In this document: piece by piece, positions 58,265 to 64,000 of the stretch | Numbering within the stretch: the first letter of the stretch is position 1 | Layout of the letters: the number at the start of each line of letters is the position of its first letter | NCBI GenBank assembly: GCA_963842525.1 | Contig: CAWJGT010000025.1 | Span: 288,001-352,000, forward strand | DNA: 64,000 nt | Direction: 5' to 3' | Origin: an uncultured Holophagales bacterium | Lineage (GTDB): Bacteria > Acidobacteriota > Thermoanaerobaculia > Multivoradales > UBA5704 | The notes under the pieces: generated by a model | What the model was told of the DNA's origin: nothing | The model's database searches: none | The model's input: only the letters and a program-made list of their open reading frames with translations | Position numbers and translations under genes: made by a program

Positions 58265-58600
58265 CAGGACGGACAGTTGGCCCTGATCCACGGACGGTTC
58301 ACCCTGCAGGTCGGACAGTCCCGTCTGGAGGTCGGACGGTCTGTTCCACAGGTCGGACAGTTGTTGGTGCGGGTCGGACAGTTCACGGAGCAGGTCGGAC
58401 AGTGGCTGCTGCAGCACGGACAGTTCACGGTCCGGGTCGGACAGTCTCTCCTGGAGCGTCAACCGTCCGACCTGGAGCAGTCGCGGCGCACGAGCCAGGG
58501 CCGACCGTCCGTCCTGCAACGGTGGACCGCGCGAGACCGGCGTCAACCGTCCGTCCTGGACCTGTGGACAGCGCCAAATCGGGACAGACCGTCCGTTCAG
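58265..58600. repeat. Bipartite 21/42-bp periodic array
   Basis: Nine direct units with core CAGGTCGGACAGT at 21-bp period (58265-58453), then four inverted cores at 58462, 58504, 58546, 58588. Confidence 0.88.
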
Positions 58601-58668
58601 CTCCGGTAGGCAGCGCCAGACCAGGCTCAACCGGCCATGGATCGGCCAACTTTGCGCCGGAGGGAATC

Positions 58669-58785
58669 CTGGGAGCGCCGGCGTCCCGCCGGCCCGGAGC
58701 CCGGGGAGATGCGCAGCACCCTTTCGACCGCCATCTTTGCGAGCCCGGAGGGCGACATTCGGTAGCCCAGGGTGTGAACCCTGGG
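58669..58785. repeat. Short REP-like palindromes
   Basis: GGGAGCGCCGGCGTCCCGCCGGC and CCCAGGGTGTGAACCCTGGG hairpins in an intergenic region. Confidence 0.5.
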
Positions 58786-59178
58786 CGAGCGGGCCTGAGG
58801 CTGAGGTGCTACGCCCCGCGGATCTTCGCAATCAACCCGCGAGTCCTACTCAATCATCTCCGTCGCACTCTCCCCATAGCTCTCGAATCCCCGTAGCGCC
58901 GCCTCGGCGTACTCCAAGGCATCCGGGGCGCAGGCGGGTGCTTTTGTTGAGGGTGGGTGCACCTCCACGCATCTGGGTACTTGCGAAGTTACCCCCATGG
59001 CACTGTAGACAACCCGCGGGTGAAGTGGTAGTGTCTGTCCCGCTTATCGACCCAACTGGTCCACAGACGAAGCTGCCGTAGCCTCGAAGGCGTTCGACCC
59101 TTCGCGTCAACCGCTGAAGGCCCTGGCAGAGACAGGCTGGGAGCGGCCCCCGAACGGCCGTAAAGGGAGAGACGAAAG

Positions 59179-59550
59179 TTGAGCTCGAAGAAGATTCTGC
59201 TCGTTGACGACTCGAGCACCATGCTGATGTTGGAGCAGATGGTCCTTAGCAGCGGCGGGTATCAGCTCATCACCGCCAAGGACGGCGAAGCCGCGGTCCA
59301 GGCCGCGCTGACACACACGCCCGACCTGATCCTCCTGGACGTGGTCATGCCCAAGATGGACGGGTTCGAGGTCTGCCGCCGCCTGCGCGACAGCGAGCCG
59401 ACCCGCACCACGCCCATCATCATGGTCACCACCCGGGGCGAGGAATCCCATGTCGAGAAGGGGTTCCAGAGCGGCTGCAACGACTATGTCGTCAAGCCCC
59501 TCGACCCGATAGTGCTGCTGAGCAAGATCAAGAATCTGCTGGGCGATTAG
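59179..59550 (+). CDS. CheY-like single-domain response regulator
   Basis: ILLVDDS, LLDVVMPKMDG, MVT, YVVKP. Confidence 0.9.
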   Translation: MSSKKILLVDDSSTMLMLEQMVLSSGGYQLITAKDGEAAVQAALTHTPDLILLDVVMPKMDGFEVCRRLRDSEPTRTTPIIMVTTRGEESHVEKGFQSGCNDYVVKPLDPIVLLSKIKNLLGD

Positions 59551-59565
59551 GAGGCGCACGGAGCC

Positions 59566-60369
59566 ATGACCACGAAGAAGGACGGCGAGGGGCAGGGAAG
59601 CTACATCCTCAAGGTCCGCGAGGACACGCGGCGGTACGTGCAGGACCTCCTGAACGAGAACGAGAAGCTGCGCCGGCTGGTGGCCTCTCTGGAGTCCGAG
59701 AAGGGCCGCCTCCTGAGCGAGAAGATGACGCTGCAGGAGAAGCTCCTGGCGCTGCGCGAGGAGCTCGACCGCATCTACCACGAGCAGAGCGAGCTGCGGC
59801 GCCAGCTCGCCGAGATCGAGGCTGCCAATCAGCAGTACTCCCACCAGTACTTCGAGGTGGAGCAGCAGAACAACAACCTGGCCAACCTCTATGTGGCCAG
59901 CTATCAGCTCCACAGCACTCTCGACCGCGGCGAGGTGCTGGCGGCCGTCAAGGAGATCATCATCAACCTGATCGGCTCCGAGGAGCTGGCGATCTACGAG
60001 ATGGACTCCGACGGGACCGCCCTGCGCCTGATCGGCTCGTTCGGGATCGACCCGATCGTCTATGCCACGGTCCCGCTCGGCTCTGGGATCATCGGCAAGA
60101 CCGCCATGACCGGCGACATCTTCCTCCCCGGCAAGGGGCTCGACCTGTCGCGCACGCCGCGCGAGGCGAACCTCACGGCCTGCGTCCCCCTGAGGCTGGA
60201 GGGCAAGGTGTCGGGGGCGCTCGCGATCTTCCGTCTCCTGCCCCAGAAGAGCGCTCTCGAAGCCGTCGACTACGAGCTCTTCAACCTTCTCGCGAGCCAT
60301 GCCGCGACGGCACTGTATGTGACGCGGCTGCACAGCGAGAGGATCCCCGGAATGACGCAGGCGTCGTGA
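59566..60369 (+). CDS. Coiled-coil plus GAF domain protein
   Basis: About 90-aa heptad region, then G.GIIG..A.TG, ACVPL, F..L..HAA.AL GAF pattern. Confidence 0.8.
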   Translation: MTTKKDGEGQGSYILKVREDTRRYVQDLLNENEKLRRLVASLESEKGRLLSEKMTLQEKLLALREELDRIYHEQSELRRQLAEIEAANQQYSHQYFEVEQQNNNLANLYVASYQLHSTLDRGEVLAAVKEIIINLIGSEELAIYEMDSDGTALRLIGSFGIDPIVYATVPLGSGIIGKTAMTGDIFLPGKGLDLSRTPREANLTACVPLRLEGKVSGALAIFRLLPQKSALEAVDYELFNLLASHAATALYVTRLHSERIPGMTQAS

Positions 60370-60893
60370 TGTTGGCCGAGAGGCGGAAGGCCGGACAGGG
60401 CCGCGGCGCGGACAAGGCGGAGCTTGGAGCGGACGAGAAGGAACGCAAGACCGCCTATCTCTTCGCCGGTCAGCTCTACCTGTCCACCGAGCCCAGCCAG
60501 GTCACGACGATCCTGGGCTCCTGCGTCGCCGCCTGTGTCTGGGATCCCGCCGAAGGCATCGGCGGGCTCACGCACTTCCTGCTCCCCGCGGGACCCGACA
60601 AGGGCCCCACGTCGCCGAAGTTCGGCAACACCGCCATCTCCACGCTCCTCGCCGGGCTGGTGCGCCTGGGCGCCCGCCACGAACGCCTGCTGTCCAAGGT
60701 CTTCGGCGGCGCGTGCGTGCTGGAGCCGATGCGGGAGCGCAGCCGCCACCTGGGGCTGCAGAACGTGGAGATCGCCCTCCGTCTGCTCGGAGAGCGCAGC
60801 ATTCCGGTCCTGGCCCAGGACGTTGGCGGCGAGCGCGGGCGCAAGCTCATCTTCCACACGGACACCGGCGGAAGCTGGATCCGGCGGCTCTAG
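60369..60893 (+). CDS. cheD: Chemoreceptor glutamine deamidase CheD
   Basis: TILGSCVA, GG..HFLLP, KVFGGA, G..N, DVGG..GRK. Confidence 0.92.
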   Translation: MLAERRKAGQGRGADKAELGADEKERKTAYLFAGQLYLSTEPSQVTTILGSCVAACVWDPAEGIGGLTHFLLPAGPDKGPTSPKFGNTAISTLLAGLVRLGARHERLLSKVFGGACVLEPMRERSRHLGLQNVEIALRLLGERSIPVLAQDVGGERGRKLIFHTDTGGSWIRRL

Positions 60894-60916
60894 CCGACCC
60901 CTGCGGAGAGCGCGCC

Positions 60917-62578
60917 GTGCTCGACTACGACCTCCTGTTCCAGACCTTCTTCGGGGAATCCAACGAGCGTCTTCTCGAGATGGAGGAGGCCGTGCTGGCC
61001 CTCGAAACGCACTCCGACGACCCCGAGCTGGTGGCCACGATCTTCCGCAACGCCCACACGCTCAAGGGGAACGCCGCGGCGCTCGGGTTCGACACCCTGG
61101 CGGCCTTCTGCCACGAGCTGGAGAGCGCCCTGGACCGCCTGCGCGCCGGTGAGGCGCTGGTGACGCCGCGCGTGGTCGCGCTCCTGCTCCGGTCGGTCGA
61201 CGTGCTGCGCCGGATGCTGCGCGAGGGCGAGTCCACGGGCCAGATGACCGAGGAGGCGCCCGCGGACCTGATGGCCGCCCTGAGCGGTTCGCTGCAGGAC
61301 GCCGGGAGCCCTCTCGCCGCGGCGGAGACCGGTGGGGGGTCGGGGGACGGAGCCGGCGGCGCGCCCGGCACGGCCGCGGCCGGGAGCGGACGGCGGTCCG
61401 CGCGCACGTTGCGCGTCGGCCTGCGCAAGCTCGACCAGCTCCTCGACCTGATGGGAGAGTTCACCGTGGCCCGCGGCCGCATGGCCGAGGCGCTCGAGCA
61501 CCCGGACACCCGGCGCAACGATTTCCAGGAGATCTTCTCCGGGATCGACGCGCTCTTCCTGCAGCTCCGCGAGCTGGTGATGGAGCTGCGCATGGTGCAG
61601 GTGGGGCCGCTCTTCCGCCAGCAGACCCGCGTCGTGCACGACCTCGCCCAGGCGCAGGGCAAGGTTGTCCAGCTCGTCCTCGAAGGCGAAGAGGCGGAGG
61701 TCGACGCCACGGTCATCGAGAGCCTGCGCGATCCGATCACCCATCTCGTGCGCAACGGGATCGACCACGGGATCGAGCCGCCGGCCGAGCGCTGGGCGCG
61801 CGGCAAGGACCCGCAGGGCCGGATCACGCTGCGGGCCTACCATTCGGCCGGCAGCATCGTGGTCGAGGTCTCCGACGACGGCGCCGGGCTGGACCGCGCG
61901 CGGATCCTCGAGCGGGCGCGCCGGCTGCCGGGGATCGAGGAGCCCGACAAGCTGGCCGACCCGGATCTTTTCCGCCTGGTCTTCGAGCCGGGCTTCTCCA
62001 CGGCGGGCGCGGTGACCGACATCTCGGGCCGCGGCGTGGGGCTCGACGTGGTGCGGCGCAACGTCGAGGCGTTGCGCGGCTCGGTGTCGGTCCAGGGGAC
62101 GCCCGGCCGCGGCGCCACGTTCAGCCTGCGCATGCCGCTCACCATCGCCATCATCGACGGCCTGCTGGTGAACGCGGGCGGCGAGAGCTTCGTCATCCCG
62201 CTGGAGAGCATCGTCGAGTGCGTCGACATGCCGCACGGGGAGCGGCCCGAGGGGCACTCCTCGGGTGTGATCGACCTGCGCGGCGCGCCGCTGCCGTATC
62301 TGCGCCTGCGCGAGCTGTTCGAGCTCGGTGAGGCGACTGAGCGCAATGGGCGGACGCGAGAGAACGTCGTGATCGTCGAGAGCGACGGCAGCCTGGCGGG
62401 GCTCGCCGTGGACGCTCTCCTTGGCAAGAGTCAGACCGTGATCAAACCCCTGGGGAAGATCTTCCAGGGGGTGCAGGGACTCTCGGGCTCGGCGGTGCTG
62501 GGCAATGGCCGGGTGGCGCTGATCCTGGACGTGCCGGCCCTGCTGCGCGAGGCGGTCCGCCGCGAAGCGCGCGCCTAA
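60917..62578 (+). CDS. cheA: Chemotaxis histidine kinase CheA (no P2 domain)
   Basis: [10 protein letters not shown] Hpt, [33 protein letters not shown]-terminal CheW domain. Confidence 0.93.
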   Translation: MLDYDLLFQTFFGESNERLLEMEEAVLALETHSDDPELVATIFRNAHTLKGNAAALGFDTLAAFCHELESALDRLRAGEALVTPRVVALLLRSVDVLRRMLREGESTGQMTEEAPADLMAALSGSLQDAGSPLAAAETGGGSGDGAGGAPGTAAAGSGRRSARTLRVGLRKLDQLLDLMGEFTVARGRMAEALEHPDTRRNDFQEIFSGIDALFLQLRELVMELRMVQVGPLFRQQTRVVHDLAQAQGKVVQLVLEGEEAEVDATVIESLRDPITHLVRNGIDHGIEPPAERWARGKDPQGRITLRAYHSAGSIVVEVSDDGAGLDRARILERARRLPGIEEPDKLADPDLFRLVFEPGFSTAGAVTDISGRGVGLDVVRRNVEALRGSVSVQGTPGRGATFSLRMPLTIAIIDGLLVNAGGESFVIPLESIVECVDMPHGERPEGHSSGVIDLRGAPLPYLRLRELFELGEATERNGRTRENVVIVESDGSLAGLAVDALLGKSQTVIKPLGKIFQGVQGLSGSAVLGNGRVALILDVPALLREAVRREARA

Positions 62579-62601
62579 CCGGGGTTCGAAGGAGGAGATC
62601 G

Positions 62602-64000
62602 ATGTTCAAGGACATGAAAATCGGGCGCCGGCTGGCGCTTGCCCTCTGGCTGCTGGTCTTCCTGGTCGTCGCCATGGCCGGAGCCGGCTTCTGGGGGGTG
62701 CAGAACGCGTCGAACGCCATGCTGGACATCCTCCGCAACGACCTGCGGCTGGCCAAGGGGTTTGCCGGGGTCCAGCTCATCTCGCTCCACCTGCAGAACA
62801 CCGAGCAGAGGCTGATCCTGAACGTCGCCTCCCCCGAGGAGAGGGACAAAATCGCCGAGGAGTGGACGAAGACCCGCAAGCAACTGGGGGGCGCCCTCGA
62901 CCTGGTCAGCAAGGACGCGAGGCAGGGCGAGGACATCGCCGCGATCCGCGACCTGCGCAACCTGGTCAACGATTACGAGACGGAATTCCAGGGCCTGCTC
63001 CGGCAGGTCCGGAGCGGACAGGTCGCGACGCCGCGCGCGGCCATGGACGCGATGCGGGCGGGCGATGCGCACCTGAAGGCGCTCATGGACAGGACGGCGA
63101 CGATCTCCAAGGACTACGCCAAGCGGATGGATCGGGCCGAGCCGGAGGTCGCCGCGCAGGTCAAGAGCGTCCTCCTGATCCTGTCGGTGCTGGTGGTCAT
63201 CGCCCTGGTGCTCGCCGCCACGATCTCCCTGCTGCTTGCGCGCAGCATCACCCGTCCCATCCTGCAAGTCGTGCGGATCGCCGAGCGGCTGTCCACGGGC
63301 GACACGAGCGACGAGATCGAGGTGGACCGCCAGGACGAGGCGGGCCTGATGCTGGCGTCCATGCGCGACATGATCCGTTCGCAGCGCGAGATGGCGGACG
63401 TGGCCGAGAAGCTCGCCAGCGGCGAGCTGGCGGCGAGCGTGCGTCCGCGCTCGGAGCACGACGTGCTCGGCCGCGCGCTCGCCGCCATGGTCGAGCGCCT
63501 GACGCAGCTCATCCGCGAGCTGCGTTCAGGCGCCTCGGCGGTCTCAGCCGCCTCCGGCCAGGTCTCGGCCACGGCGCAGAGCCTGGCCCAGGGGACGAGC
63601 GAGCAGGCGGCGGCCCTGGAGGAGACCACCTCCAGCCTGGAGGAGATGACCGCCTCGATCACCCAGAACGCGGAGAACAGCCGCAAGATGCAGCACATGG
63701 CCCGCCGCGGCGCCTCCGATGCCGACGAGAGCGGGCGCACGGTGCGCGAGTCGGTCAGCGCCATGAAGACCATCGCGCAGCGCATCTCGATCATCGAGGA
63801 GATCGCCTACCAGACCAACCTGCTGGCGCTCAACGCCGCCATCGAGGCGGCGCGGGCGGGTGAGCACGGGCGCGGCTTCGCGGTGGTCGCCACCGAGGTC
63901 CGCAAGCTCTCCGAGCGCAGCCAGGCCGCGGCGCAGGAGATCGGCGAGCTCGCCGGCTCCACCATGCAGGTGGCCGAGCACTCCGGCAAGCTGCTGGGCG
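62602..64000 (+). CDS. Methyl-accepting chemotaxis protein (truncated by window end)
   Basis: AAGGAGGAG RBS; TM-sensor-TM-HAMP; [30 protein letters not shown]. Confidence 0.93.
   Translation, partial: MFKDMKIGRRLALALWLLVFLVVAMAGAGFWGVQNASNAMLDILRNDLRLAKGFAGVQLISLHLQNTEQRLILNVASPEERDKIAEEWTKTRKQLGGALDLVSKDARQGEDIAAIRDLRNLVNDYETEFQGLLRQVRSGQVATPRAAMDAMRAGDAHLKALMDRTATISKDYAKRMDRAEPEVAAQVKSVLLILSVLVVIALVLAATISLLLARSITRPILQVVRIAERLSTGDTSDEIEVDRQDEAGLMLASMRDMIRSQREMADVAEKLASGELAASVRPRSEHDVLGRALAAMVERLTQLIRELRSGASAVSAASGQVSATAQSLAQGTSEQAAALEETTSSLEEMTASITQNAENSRKMQHMARRGASDADESGRTVRESVSAMKTIAQRISIIEEIAYQTNLLALNAAIEAARAGEHGRGFAVVATEVRKLSERSQAAAQEIGELAGSTMQVAEHSGKLLG

Noticed and set aside
58265-58600. 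CRISPR mini-array
   Set aside because: Core is only 12-13 bp with 8-9-bp linkers, far below CRISPR repeat and spacer sizes; no cas genes
58900-59170. c-di-GMP riboswitch
   Set aside because: Could not find the GEMM consensus elements by eye
1-64000. Prophage, IS transposase, tRNA or rRNA genes
   Set aside because: No integrase, transposase, phage structural motifs or tRNA/rRNA signatures were recognised

Overview
High-GC bacterial chromosomal window. Gene content (Oar-type TonB-dependent receptor, GWxTD-like/VWA proteins, G/C-rich palindromic intergenic repeats) suggests Acidobacteriota, possibly Thermoanaerobaculia; this is inference. It holds about 55 CDS: three intact toxin-antitoxin pairs plus a remnant, a PBP1A with an unusual C-terminal extension, a sigma54/IHF-type promoter before a TonB-dependent receptor, a Rieske/cytochrome b6-type complex with an octaheme cytochrome c and a cupredoxin-like lipoprotein, iscS-mnmA-sulfatase, three GWxTD-like/VWA paralogs, argS, a split-AtuA cluster interrupted by a 22-repeat Sel1 gene, and the start of a chemosensory operon. 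The strongest candidate for an undescribed system is an ECF sigma factor coupled to a membrane-anchored YfbK-like VWA protein. That protein carries a 39-aa segment 27/39 identical to the TonB-box/plug-start region of the receptor in this window, next to a TonB-like GGV repeat. Two non-coding arrays with a 20-21-bp period and a recurring leaderless-gene signature also stand out. Five genes, including essential argS, have +1 insertions that most likely are sequencing errors. No rRNA, tRNA, CRISPR array or transposase was recognised.
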